Below, piece by piece: positions 33,713-43,267 of a stretch of 64,000 nucleotides of DNA. Every line of letters starts with the position of its first letter. Position 1 is the stretch's first letter. Source of the DNA: a virus. The notes below the pieces were generated by a model, which saw only the letters and a list, made by a program, of their open reading frames with translations, was not told the origin of the DNA and did not search any database. The position numbers and the translations under genes are program-made. The DNA is taken from the IMG/VR virus record IMGVR_UViG_3300005253_000070. One strand, given 5' to 3'.

Positions 33713-34729
33713 TTAGGTCGCCTTATAGCCAAACTGTGTGTTGTCGAAATCGTCTCTGAGCCATTCGTTTCCATCGGGATCTGTCAGCAGCATATCGTAA
33801 ATGTACCCGTAGAAGGCCCCAGGAGCCCTAGAATTTCCCTCCAAAGGTACTCCGTCCTTTACCATGTACGAGGAGATTTCTCCAGAACCGCCTCCTACGA
33901 GCTTAGCATCTACTGACCACTGGACACAGCCGGGTCTGATGTTGAAAGAACCAGCAGGGATATTCTCTGTGCCATGAGCATCTCGCTGTCCCAAAGTTCC
34001 TGACTGAACATAGGTCGAGTCGTCATCGGGAACGCCATCATCAACGTCTTCCCAATTCTCCTCACCTGTGTCAGGAAACTTATCCCATGCCCGGAAAGGA
34101 CCTTGAATGTTTGCTCGAAAACCATATATCTTTCCTGCGCCTGGCCAGATGTCGTTACCTCGGCCATCGTCTACGGTGTCGTTGTATGCAATATCATCAA
34201 TGTAAATGCGACTGCTTGAGCTGACCGCTCGCCAAGCTAATTCGACTACGTCTGTCGTCGCTGCCGGTTGAGTATCTCCACTGTAAGTGAAGACTTCCAC
34301 ATCGTCTATTCTAATCGTTACTACTCCACCAGAATTAGCGCATTTGATATAGAACTCCCACCTTTTGAAGCCTGGCGAGGTGGCCCCTATATTTCCCTCC
34401 AAACCGCCAATGATATCTATATCCCCAGATTCTAGGTCCATTGAAACGATATTGTTAGCACTTTCAGCTCGTATTTGTAACAGATCCCCCAAGTGGTTAG
34501 AATTCATATCGATCATCTGTCTAATGTACACTTCGTCAGACCAGGCATGTGCTGGAATGGTAATTTCTGCCAAAGCTTCACCAGAAGAACTTGCACCAAC
34601 AAGCTGAAGCCCGTAGCCTATTCCAAGATACGCTGCGGCATTTGTGATTGCTATAGTGCCTGTTCCTGCACTGCGGGAAAGGAGATCAAGTCCCCTAGCC
34701 TCAAATCCTTGCTGGTATTTCCTTGCCAT
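33713..34729 (-). CDS. tail-associated ConA/LamG-like protein (paralog of 34738..35796)
   Basis: 338 aa with AGGAGG RBS. Shares the blocks DDI.YND, G..Y.R, P..GEEN.EDVD..PDDD.TYV and W...DN.QFG.K with the neighbouring gene. Confidence 0.6.
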   Translation of the reverse strand: MARKYQQGFEARGLDLLSRSAGTGTIAITNAAAYLGIGYGLQLVGASSSGEALAEITIPAHAWSDEVYIRQMIDMNSNHLGDLLQIRAESANNIVSMDLESGDIDIIGGLEGNIGATSPGFKRWEFYIKCANSGGVVTIRIDDVEVFTYSGDTQPAATTDVVELAWRAVSSSSRIYIDDIAYNDTVDDGRGNDIWPGAGKIYGFRANIQGPFRAWDKFPDTGEENWEDVDDGVPDDDSTYVQSGTLGQRDAHGTENIPAGSFNIRPGCVQWSVDAKLVGGGSGEISSYMVKDGVPLEGNSRAPGAFYGYIYDMLLTDPDGNEWLRDDFDNTQFGYKAT

Positions 34730-34737
34730 CGATCCTC

Positions 34738-35796
34738 CTACACAGGCTGCTTTATCCCAAATTGGGAGTTGTCAATCGAGTCGGCAAGCCAGGTGCCACC
34801 GATGACAGGGTCCTCGTCCTCGATGTGCGACAGGTATACGTAGTCTGTACTAGAGACCTCCATCGCTGAACCTTGATAGTCGAAAGTATTTCCATATCTG
34901 TACATGGCTGAGATATTGGCTGATCCAGCGATGGGAACCTTGGCTCGAATCTGCCAGGTGACAGCAGCTATCAAAGACAAGGCAGAGATGCCCAGGTCAG
35001 CTAGATCCTCAAACTCATAGGTGTCAATCTGTCCATATCCTGTCGAGAAGACGTAGGAAGTGTCGTCATCAGGTGGGACCTCGTCAACATCCTCGTAGTT
35101 GTCCTCTCCCGAATTGGGAAATGGGGTGAACTGTGAGTAGTTGCCTACATCATCTGGCCTGAGTCCATACACAGCACCGATGCCAAGCCAGGCATCATTC
35201 ACACCGTTGAACACATCGTTGATTCCCAAGTCGTCGTAGAAAATGTGATTGGCAGAAGTGGCACCGTCTTGATTGCCAAAGACTGCTACTGCCATGGTAA
35301 AATCCGTTCCGAAGTTGCCACCGTTGTTGTTCACGTTGGACAGGTTGAGCACAGTTACACCGTCGATCTTGACAACGACCACACCGTCAAGGTAGATCTG
35401 CGACGTAGTAATTGCTTGACGAATCTCGAATCGGTACCAGGTGTCGTCGGCAGCAAAACCACCAAAGTCGCCCAAGTTGTCCCATGCAGCGCCATCCCAT
35501 CGATCAACTTCTCCTGTTGCCAGCACTCGTATCTGTGGGTTTCCTACGTCATCCTCGAATGAGAGTATGGAAGCTGCTTGTGTCCGGTCATCGAACTTGA
35601 TGTAAAACCTGGTGTACGTCTCTGCAACAGGGACCTCAAACTCATGGTTAGAGTGGTTGTTGCCGGCGCAATTGATGTCTAGGGCGTAGCCCCCTGTGCG
35701 TACATCGGCTCCGGTAGATGTGACTGCTCCGCCATCGTTGACGCTGAAGACCCCAATGTGACCGGGCTCTACCCCTGTATTGAGAATCCTGGACAT
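34738..35796 (-). CDS. tail-associated ConA/LamG-like protein (paralog of 33713..34729)
   Basis: 352 aa with GGAGG RBS. Collinear similarity to the downstream gene. Confidence 0.6.
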   Translation of the reverse strand: MSRILNTGVEPGHIGVFSVNDGGAVTSTGADVRTGGYALDINCAGNNHSNHEFEVPVAETYTRFYIKFDDRTQAASILSFEDDVGNPQIRVLATGEVDRWDGAAWDNLGDFGGFAADDTWYRFEIRQAITTSQIYLDGVVVVKIDGVTVLNLSNVNNNGGNFGTDFTMAVAVFGNQDGATSANHIFYDDLGINDVFNGVNDAWLGIGAVYGLRPDDVGNYSQFTPFPNSGEDNYEDVDEVPPDDDTSYVFSTGYGQIDTYEFEDLADLGISALSLIAAVTWQIRAKVPIAGSANISAMYRYGNTFDYQGSAMEVSSTDYVYLSHIEDEDPVIGGTWLADSIDNSQFGIKQPV

Positions 35797-36294
35797 CTAG
35801 GCCTCCAAATACTCGTAGAAGACAGTCTCAGCTGTCCAATCTCCTGAGGTTGCTGCCGCAGCAACGAAGAGTTGAAAGACGAGATAGTCAGTCCAAGGAC
35901 TGATTCCCAGATCAGCCACTGTGCGTACAGTCAGATCCCATACCTGCTTGGATCCAACGACAGCAATGGTAAAGTCGTTGACGGCCACTACGGAAGGGGT
36001 AAGCACAGGGTCAGCGGCGACTGCAGTGGGACCGAACCTTAACGTCGTATTCGTTTGAATGGTGCCATCACCCCAAATCTTTAGATAGCCGATCCAGGTG
36101 TCTGGCATAGCAGTCACTTTGAGGCGGAGCCACTTCTCGAAAGAGTACGATCCCGAGATGAGAGGATTTGCTATCCTGTTTGCGGCGCTGAAGACGCAGT
36201 TGTCATCGCTGCACAGATCTGCACCACCGGCAATGGCACCTCCATCCGAGAGGGGGCTACCCGAAAAGCAATGAATCTCAACGGACGCTGCCAT
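35797..36294 (-). CDS. hypothetical tail/baseplate protein
   Basis: 165 aa with GGAG RBS, located in the tail module. Confidence 0.5.
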   Translation of the reverse strand: MAASVEIHCFSGSPLSDGGAIAGGADLCSDDNCVFSAANRIANPLISGSYSFEKWLRLKVTAMPDTWIGYLKIWGDGTIQTNTTLRFGPTAVAADPVLTPSVVAVNDFTIAVVGSKQVWDLTVRTVADLGISPWTDYLVFQLFVAAAATSGDWTAETVFYEYLEA

Positions 36295-36679
36295 CTCTTT
36301 GGCTCCTATCCAGTGTAATACCAGTCTGCATCATGACCATCCCGTCTGGGTAAACTGTGATGACTTCGCTGTGATCTCCCCTGGTCCAGCCGATGTTATA
36401 GGTAGCCAGCTCATGCCGCACACGGGATCCCTTGGCACCCATGATTACACCCTGGGTCTTTAGATAGTAAACCCATCTCTTCTCTCCTGGAAGGAGGACA
36501 ACTACCTTTGGCATATGCTGAGCATGTTTCCGTGGCACAAGCTCAATCAGAGTAGCCTGTTCGAGTGCCTCTGCCCACTTCTCTCCCCAACCCTGCGCCT
36601 CTTCTGTCCCCAGCTTTATCGTAACATCTGTTCCCGGAGAGAGGAAATGGAAATCATACAAGTCCTTTCGTGATGCCAT
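36278..36679 (-). CDS. hypothetical tail/baseplate protein
   Basis: 133 aa, AGGAGG RBS. Confidence 0.5.
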   Translation of the reverse strand: MASRKDLYDFHFLSPGTDVTIKLGTEEAQGWGEKWAEALEQATLIELVPRKHAQHMPKVVVLLPGEKRWVYYLKTQGVIMGAKGSRVRHELATYNIGWTRGDHSEVITVYPDGMVMMQTGITLDRSQRDGSVR

Positions 36680-36694
36680 GAGACCCTCCTGTGG

Positions 36695-37645
36695 TCATAC
36701 GCCTATCCAGCGATCGTTGTATGCGACTGTCATTGTCGAGGCAGCGGTGCACCCTCCTGGAGAAAGTATTCTGATGTAGTTGTTGTAGTGCGTCTCGTCT
36801 GGTGGATTGTAGAGATTTCTGATTGGGGGAAAAGCCAGCCTAAACAGAGCAAATGTCGTAGAATCAGACAGAGTTACATTGTCTCCACTCGAATCCACAG
36901 CCTGCCTGTTTCCAAACTCCGTCGTGATCGTAACAGTTTCTCCTGCCACTATATTGCCAGCTAGCTCTATCGTAGCCAAGATGGAGAAGGCAGCAGCGTC
37001 GGCATTCCAGCTCTCGAGGGTGACCCTTGGCGTGGTCATCGGCCCTGTGAGAGCTATGGTACAGTCAGCAAACCAGGTTCCAAAGTTCTGCGCGGGTTCT
37101 TGGTAATCCCATATGGGGATGCCAACATCGTTATCATTCAGGGCGTCTATCGTCCATGTCCTAGCAATTCCCCACCAGGTTGGATTGAGTGCGCGAAATC
37201 TAAGCGCCACTTGCTGCGCTCGGGGACCCTGACCAACACCTACGCCATCGGCATCAAAGCCAGCGTCTAAGATGACCTTCTTCAGCGTGTAAATGTCACC
37301 ATTGTGCAGTGCCATCTCAAACGAGAAAGGGGCAAGGGCAGGATTAAGAACATCGAAAAGCTCCCCACGCCTACCTTGACGCCTCTGTTGGGCATTGGCA
37401 ATCATGGGACCCCACATATCCCTGATCTTTAGGAGAATTTGCACAGCACGTGGATTCAATACCGACTCGATATAGGTCGCCCCATCTTGATTTGGGGAGC
37501 TCACATATCTGTGATCCGTCGGTGGTGTGCCTATGCCCCTGACATGAACGAACTGCAGTGGCCATTCAAGGATGGCTTCTGTTGCGTAGTCAGAGTAGAT
37601 TCTGAATGTCTCCGGATAAATTGGATCTCTCACCGTTATAGGCAT
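36695..37645 (-). CDS. distal tail protein candidate (by position)
   Basis: 316-aa gene immediately downstream of the tape measure gene, GAGGT RBS. No motif confirmed. Confidence 0.45.
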   Translation of the reverse strand: MPITVRDPIYPETFRIYSDYATEAILEWPLQFVHVRGIGTPPTDHRYVSSPNQDGATYIESVLNPRAVQILLKIRDMWGPMIANAQQRRQGRRGELFDVLNPALAPFSFEMALHNGDIYTLKKVILDAGFDADGVGVGQGPRAQQVALRFRALNPTWWGIARTWTIDALNDNDVGIPIWDYQEPAQNFGTWFADCTIALTGPMTTPRVTLESWNADAAAFSILATIELAGNIVAGETVTITTEFGNRQAVDSSGDNVTLSDSTTFALFRLAFPPIRNLYNPPDETHYNNYIRILSPGGCTAASTMTVAYNDRWIGV

Positions 37646-37652
37646 GGGTACC

Positions 37653-40600
37653 TCACGATAGATCCATCATAAGCTCGACATCTTCTCTGATACCAGCGAT
37701 CGATTGCCTGTTGGCATAATGCGCAGTCAAATTCAAAGTAGGACCTGGGGTGGAAAAGTAGTTGTTGTTGACAATCGATGTCGTTCCCGCGCCCATGCCA
37801 ATGCCACCGCTGACAAGGGCAGGACCGCCCCTCCCAGACATAGCTAGTTCGTTTATTCCGATGTTCGCTGTCCACGCAGCCTGGTCAGCCATCACCTGTC
37901 TTGCCTGAGCAAAGATCGTGGGTATCCGCGCGGCCATCCGCTTAGAGCCGATTTCCAGCCCCATGATGATACCGTCCATGATGCTCTCTCCCACAGGGAC
38001 CATCTTGGCTGCTGGTGATTTTACTCCAAAGAACTTATCGATCGACTGCATCATCTTGTCCCATGTGGAGTCGCTTGTGTGGTCAAATCCAGAAGTGATT
38101 CCTAAGTAGATGCTCTTTACGATGGCCTGCCCTAATGTAAAAGCTCCTACTACCATACGAGCGACGAAAGGAGATGCAGGACCGAATACAAAGGCGAGGG
38201 ATCCTGCCATCACGGGGACCAGGGCCTCCATTTGACCAGGAAACTTGTCTGCAGCCCAGTCCTCCAGTGTCTTTATGATTCCTTTGTGTATCTTCTCTGC
38301 TATTCTCCGACCCAGTTTAAGTCCTGGAAATGCTCCTTCTGGAAGTTCATCGATGAGCCCAAGATCGGAAGCAAGCGCCGAAAGCCCATCGAAGAAGGCC
38401 TTGGCGGTTTCTTCAAGTGTGTCAAACTTCCCAGTCGCTTTATCTAATATGTCAAGTAGACCCTCAAACGTCTCGAGATCTGGCTCGGGTAGTTCGAGCC
38501 CTTCTTGAAGCAGCTCGATCTGCGCTTCCAGATTTTCCACCATCTTTTCTCTTCGATCAAGCTGCTTTTTGAGGATCGTTTCTTCTCTCCGTAGAAGTGT
38601 GAAGCGTCTATCTAGGAAGAACCTCTCCTCACTCCTGTCCCTTCTCGCCTGTTTTTGGGCTAGCCGTTGCTCCGCCTGTGCCAACTGTGCCAGTTCAAGA
38701 TCCTCTTGGCGGATCTTCAGAAGCTCCTCGTGGACAGCCAGGTTATTCTCCACACCCTGTAATTGCTTTTCTGCTGCCTCTAGCATCTTTTCGGCTATGC
38801 TCTCAAGGCTGGCTAATCTATCTTTTTCGTCCTTGAACTTCTTCTTCAAAGCATCAAGCTCTTTCCTAAGTCTAGCTACGTTATCCCTCTCGACAGCTGC
38901 CTCTCCCCTCAGTTCAAGCAGCCGACCGGAAATGCTTTTCTTTAGGATCTTGTTGCGCAGTTCCTCCATAAAGATCTCGTGAGTCGTTGCTTCTAGGACC
39001 TCTGCGGCTAGAGTAACTTTCTCCTTCATGGCGTCGACTTCTTTTTGGAGTGCCTTGAGGATGTCCTTGCTGTTCTTTTTCTCCTCCTCTGCTCCCTGCC
39101 TAAGAAGGTCTATCACACGCTGTAAAGCCCTTTCTTGGCGCTGTATTGGAATGATCGTCTGTCTAGTCGCCGCCTCGAACAAGAACAGTGTGTCTTCTAG
39201 TGGATGAAGAACCTTATCCAATCCTAGTTTGGTGACATCCAGCTCGAACATGGCATCTGCAATGCTCTCCATCTCCTTCGTCATATCCGCACGGTTGGCT
39301 TCGAGTGTCTTGACACCCCTTTCCAGCTCTCTGATGGCTACCTTCATCATGTCGACTTCCATCTCTAATAGCTGGCGTTCTTCCATCAAAGCTGTGCCAA
39401 GAAAGTCTGTATAGCCCTCCACAACGTCTGCTGACTCTTCTATCGATTCTGTTACATCTTCTACTTGGTTTTTAACCCTTAGCCATAATCCTGCCAGGCC
39501 AGCAGCTATGCCGGAGATTGCCAACACACCCTTCACAGCAGCAATGCCACCCAAGACCTTAAACGACGCTGCCAAAAGAGCAACGAGAGGAACGAGTGTT
39601 GCAACCGTGCCAGCTACGACGGCGAACACAGTTGCCACGATCAGCATTTCAGCTATCGTCTTTTTCGTTTCAGTCGAGAGAGAGTTTATCGTAGCCAGTA
39701 GCCTGTTTATCGTTTTCAGCGACTTGATGTAGATAGGTAGGAGATGCCGTCCTATGCCGTTCTCTAGCCTTTCAACATTCTTCGTGACCAATCGCGTCTG
39801 GAAGGCAACAGTTTCTTGTGCTTTACTGAATGCGCCGGCGAACTTTGCACTCTCTTGGTACAAGAAGGCTAGAACAGCTTGGCTTCTTTCCTGCTGGGTA
39901 AGCTCCCTCCCAACTATTCCTGCCGCCCTGGCGTAGTCCTCAAGCACTCTAGCTGTCTTTCTGTAGATGTTCAAGGAGCGAAGAATAGTGACTGTACCAA
40001 CAGACACAGCACGGTTGAGTAGTTCATAAACTTGCACAGCCTTCAGACCACGGGCAGCAGCCACATCGTTTGCCAAAGCAGCGAGGAAGGCTGCGTGGCG
40101 ATAGTCTAGGTTAGCTGTGACCAACGTTCCAATGCTTGCAGCTGCTTGTTTGGCCGTGAACAACTGCCCCTCAATAGATCTTTGGACACGCTTAGCACCC
40201 TCATTAGCCAGACCGGAAGCGGCTGCTAGGTGCTCCAACGCAAAAGTGGCTGCTTCCGTCTCTGAAGCAACACGAATGAGCTCCCCAGTGACGCCATTGA
40301 GTACAGCAGCGAAAGAAACGGCCACGGAAGCCACAACGGAAAGTGCAAGAGCTAGTTGCTGCTGCTCTATCGCACTTTGTCTCGTAGCAAGCATCTCCTT
40401 CTGTACAAAGGTATCCAGTTTCTTGTATGCGTCAGACTCCTCTGCCATCACGCGAATCTTCTGCAGTCGAAAATTCATCAGACTGCGGATAATGTCCTGC
40501 TCTTTTTGGCCGGCATTCACAAATCGCGCAGTTGCCATTTCTGTTCTGTCGGCTGCTCGCTGCTCCTGAACTGACCGCTCTGCGAAAGCAAACTGTTGAA

Positions 40601-40787
40601 AGCTGGCGGCCATACGAAATGCTGAGGACCGTCTTTCCGTTGCTATAGCAGCTTTGATTGTGCTTTGTTTCAGTAAGTTTAGGCCAGTGGTAAACCGCCG
40701 AAGCTGGCTAATGGCAGCGGCAGCACGAATGACGACGAGCTCTATACCCGCCTGTGCAAAACCCGAGCTGCCTATGCCGAATGCCAT
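37653..40787 (-). CDS. tail tape measure protein
   Basis: 1044 aa with extensive coiled-coil E/K/L/R sequence. Has a central hydrophobic block (IVATVFAVVAGTVATLVPLVALLAASF...GIAAGLAGLWL) and follows the chaperone pair. Confidence 0.85.
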   Translation of the reverse strand: MAFGIGSSGFAQAGIELVVIRAAAAISQLRRFTTGLNLLKQSTIKAAIATERRSSAFRMAASFQQFAFAERSVQEQRAADRTEMATARFVNAGQKEQDIIRSLMNFRLQKIRVMAEESDAYKKLDTFVQKEMLATRQSAIEQQQLALALSVVASVAVSFAAVLNGVTGELIRVASETEAATFALEHLAAASGLANEGAKRVQRSIEGQLFTAKQAAASIGTLVTANLDYRHAAFLAALANDVAAARGLKAVQVYELLNRAVSVGTVTILRSLNIYRKTARVLEDYARAAGIVGRELTQQERSQAVLAFLYQESAKFAGAFSKAQETVAFQTRLVTKNVERLENGIGRHLLPIYIKSLKTINRLLATINSLSTETKKTIAEMLIVATVFAVVAGTVATLVPLVALLAASFKVLGGIAAVKGVLAISGIAAGLAGLWLRVKNQVEDVTESIEESADVVEGYTDFLGTALMEERQLLEMEVDMMKVAIRELERGVKTLEANRADMTKEMESIADAMFELDVTKLGLDKVLHPLEDTLFLFEAATRQTIIPIQRQERALQRVIDLLRQGAEEEKKNSKDILKALQKEVDAMKEKVTLAAEVLEATTHEIFMEELRNKILKKSISGRLLELRGEAAVERDNVARLRKELDALKKKFKDEKDRLASLESIAEKMLEAAEKQLQGVENNLAVHEELLKIRQEDLELAQLAQAEQRLAQKQARRDRSEERFFLDRRFTLLRREETILKKQLDRREKMVENLEAQIELLQEGLELPEPDLETFEGLLDILDKATGKFDTLEETAKAFFDGLSALASDLGLIDELPEGAFPGLKLGRRIAEKIHKGIIKTLEDWAADKFPGQMEALVPVMAGSLAFVFGPASPFVARMVVGAFTLGQAIVKSIYLGITSGFDHTSDSTWDKMMQSIDKFFGVKSPAAKMVPVGESIMDGIIMGLEIGSKRMAARIPTIFAQARQVMADQAAWTANIGINELAMSGRGGPALVSGGIGMGAGTTSIVNNNYFSTPGPTLNLTAHYANRQSIAGIREDVELMMDLS

Positions 40788-41050
40788 TATTTCGGTGTCC
40801 TCTTAGCCTTTATCTGACTCTTCTTTTGTTCTACCCAAGCCAGACTACTCTTAGACCTATGAAAGGCCACTATTCTAGCACGATCGTAGTATGGCAACGC
40901 TATGAAGTCAACCCACGAAATGCCAGTTGCATCTGCTGCCAGCCGGCACATGAAACCTGGTGAGTATTGGTACTCGGGGCCAGTGAAGGACGAGAATGGA
41001 TCCCTTTCGTCATGCTCCGCTATCCACTCCTGAATCGGCATCCCGTCCAC
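40787..41050 (-). CDS. tail assembly chaperone-position small ORF
   Basis: 87 aa. Overlaps the upstream ORF by 41 nt and the TMP start by 1 nt (TAATG). No clear RBS of its own. Confidence 0.4.
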   Translation of the reverse strand: MDGMPIQEWIAEHDERDPFSSFTGPEYQYSPGFMCRLAADATGISWVDFIALPYYDRARIVAFHRSKSSLAWVEQKKSQIKAKRTPK

Positions 41051-41657
41051 TTGGAGGGAGAAACGTGGCCATAGCGGCCTCTACGTCCTCCTCTTTGATG
41101 CCCTCAAGACGGTTGCCTGCTTTCCTCAAACCTTCCATGTCCATTGCCGATGGCAGGATTCGATAGCGCAGCCACTCGAGGTACCTGGCGGTCTTCTGTT
41201 CCTTGCCGGGAACGTCTAGTCCAATGGCTTCATACTCCTCAATCCATTCTGTATCATCTTCGTACTTCGGCTGGTCTTTGGGGAGCTCCAGAATGACCAT
41301 TCCCCTGAACATGTTTACCTTCAGCACCGCTTCGCCAAGCAGGACCATCCTGCGTCGACGCTTTCTTACATAGTCTGGATCGTTTGCATTTGGTTCTTTC
41401 CACGTTTTGGAACCTTGTGTGATAGTAACGATGGGAGGATCACGCTCAGGAAACTGGGCTAGGACCCTCTGCATGATGTTGTCTGGCGGCTCTATTGCTT
41501 CAATCACAGCCCCCGTGGATGTCACAAAGGTAAAATCGTCTGGAAGCTGCTCCATACTCTCACTTGCCTTATCCAGAGCAGCTGACAGCTCCTTATCCTC
41601 TTCCAGTGACAATGGCTTGTCTGTCGTTTCTTCCAGTGATTGCGGTTTGTCGGTCAC
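41010..41657 (-). CDS. tail assembly chaperone candidate (by position), acidic
   Basis: 215 aa, GTG start 7 nt after AGGAGG. Has an N-terminal duplicated DKPQSLEETT/DKPLSLEEDK. Confidence 0.5.
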   Translation of the reverse strand: MTDKPQSLEETTDKPLSLEEDKELSAALDKASESMEQLPDDFTFVTSTGAVIEAIEPPDNIMQRVLAQFPERDPPIVTITQGSKTWKEPNANDPDYVRKRRRRMVLLGEAVLKVNMFRGMVILELPKDQPKYEDDTEWIEEYEAIGLDVPGKEQKTARYLEWLRYRILPSAMDMEGLRKAGNRLEGIKEEDVEAAMATFLPPSGRDADSGVDSGA

Positions 41658-41689
41658 GAATAACCCTCCTAGTTAGGTTGACCCTCCTG

Positions 41690-41757
41690 GTTCAAAAGCA
41701 GAGCAACGGGGGCGGCAGGTGTCAGGAGGGTCCGAAAACCCGCCCACCACCCCCGTC
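41690..41757 (-). terminator. GC-rich stem-loop followed by a T-rich tract after the tail-tube candidate
   Basis: On the - strand, ACGGGGGTGGTGG pairs with CCGCCCCCGT (with G-U pairs). This is followed by TGCTCTGCTTTTG, but the T-run is not directly adjacent to the stem. Confidence 0.35.
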
Positions 41758-41762
41758 ACTCA

Positions 41763-43238
41763 CTAGGATCCAATCATCAGGATGCCGTCTGTTCCTGCAC
41801 GAAGACCGCCAGCGACGCAGAAGTTGCCACTTATTCCGGCGTCAATTGCATTCAAGTGAATGTTCGCAGGAGTGGCAGCTGCAGTGTCTGGCAGCTGATA
41901 CCAGGTACTTCCACCATCCAAAGACCGGAAGACGTATCCCATTGCACCGTCAGTTGCCGTCATGAACCCAAAAGGAGAATCCGGGTGATGTGAAAAGGCG
42001 ATTCCATGGACCTCTCCTTGCCCACTCAATCCGAATACTTTCTCCGTCCAAGTCACACCGCCATCTGTGGTGAAATACATGCGCCCACCAGCATCACCAA
42101 TCATCCAATAGAACCGAGTCCGCATCCAGATGGTATTGATGATCTGCACAGTCGGGCTCGTGATGGCCGCCCAGGTGGCACCACCATTGGACGAGAACAG
42201 AATCACACCGGCTGCGCCTACTGCAACGATGTTTCGACTATCTGACCCATGGACCGCAATCAGGTTCTGCGCCGTCAGGACCGCGTTGTGGATGACGGTG
42301 ACGCCGTCTGCTGGGTTGGCCATTGAGTAGATGATCCCACTATTACCAACAAGCCAGGACTGCGTTGAGCTGTGCGAGTGAATGTCATTCGGGCCACCAC
42401 CGGCAATGAAGCCAGCAGCCACTTCTTGCCACGTATCCAGATCATCAAGATCCACATAGTGGAGAGAGAGTGAATCAGCAGATGGAACAACGACATTGAC
42501 ACCACCGACAAGGGCCACTGCAGACGGGTCCTCATCAGCTGCCAACGTGTCGATGTCATACTGCTCACAGGTTAGTCCACCATCGAGAGACACGATCAGC
42601 TCGGCGGGCAAACCAGGAGATCCCGTAGTATACCCAACTGTCACGGCAAAGATGCGGTTCTCTCCTTCGCTTTCGTAGCCACATTCGCCGCAGGAGATGT
42701 AGTCATCAATGGTGACATCGACGACTTCCTTGTCGATCTGCGCTGCACACGTCTCAGCGAGGGCCATCTGGTCGATCTCCCACAGCATTCGAGCTGTGAT
42801 GTCGCCGGTCAAGAGGATTGTGGCCCTCCCGGCCTCGTCCAGTGCCGTTTGCTCATCACCCGATCGGTTGGTGAACCTTGCTTTCTCATAAGCAAGGATT
42901 TTTTCCCATCCCCCATTCTGGTCTTGGGGGTTTCCACACTTTCCATAATGCGCTTGGATGTGCATCGGGCAAACTGCAGAGAGGATGGGGTTGGTGAGGC
43001 CAAAGCGAGCAATCATGCTAGTCGTTGGCAACGAGCTCTCGCCGCTGACCACATCAATATCCTCAAATCGATCGTAGGCAAGTCGAGAGGGAATCTGCAC
43101 GCGGGACACTTCTCCCTCAGCCTTGGCAAACGAGCCAAGACGTGCCATTCCCTGGTAGACCATCGAGCTATTGGGGTTAGCCCCGCTAACTTGAAGGAAA
43201 ACCCGACCATGCCCCGTTTGGAATACTCTTTCAGACAT
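41763..43238 (-). CDS. major tail (tube) protein candidate with C-terminal BNR/Asp-box beta-propeller
   Basis: 491 aa with GGAGG RBS, in the position directly before the chaperones and TMP. Asp-boxes SSNGGATW, TTDGGVTW and SLDGGSTW, plus a degenerate SLDGGLTC. Confidence 0.55.
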   Translation of the reverse strand: MSERVFQTGHGRVFLQVSGANPNSSMVYQGMARLGSFAKAEGEVSRVQIPSRLAYDRFEDIDVVSGESSLPTTSMIARFGLTNPILSAVCPMHIQAHYGKCGNPQDQNGGWEKILAYEKARFTNRSGDEQTALDEAGRATILLTGDITARMLWEIDQMALAETCAAQIDKEVVDVTIDDYISCGECGYESEGENRIFAVTVGYTTGSPGLPAELIVSLDGGLTCEQYDIDTLAADEDPSAVALVGGVNVVVPSADSLSLHYVDLDDLDTWQEVAAGFIAGGGPNDIHSHSSTQSWLVGNSGIIYSMANPADGVTVIHNAVLTAQNLIAVHGSDSRNIVAVGAAGVILFSSNGGATWAAITSPTVQIINTIWMRTRFYWMIGDAGGRMYFTTDGGVTWTEKVFGLSGQGEVHGIAFSHHPDSPFGFMTATDGAMGYVFRSLDGGSTWYQLPDTAAATPANIHLNAIDAGISGNFCVAGGLRAGTDGILMIGS

Positions 43239-43267
43239 TTCTGATACCTCCAGGGGCTTTCCAAAGC

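Noticed and set aside
38245-40569. Several 60-150-aa + ORFs (38245, 38569, 39508, 40117 and others)
   Set aside because: They are S/A/L-rich shadow frames antisense to the tape measure gene's coiled-coil codons.
40787-41657. Programmed ribosomal frameshift joining the two chaperone-position ORFs (G/GT-like)
   Set aside because: The position is right and the ORFs overlap by 41 nt. However, the downstream frame is +1 (or -2) relative to the upstream one, and I could not find an XXXYYYZ slippery heptamer in the overlap. The idea is left as unverified.
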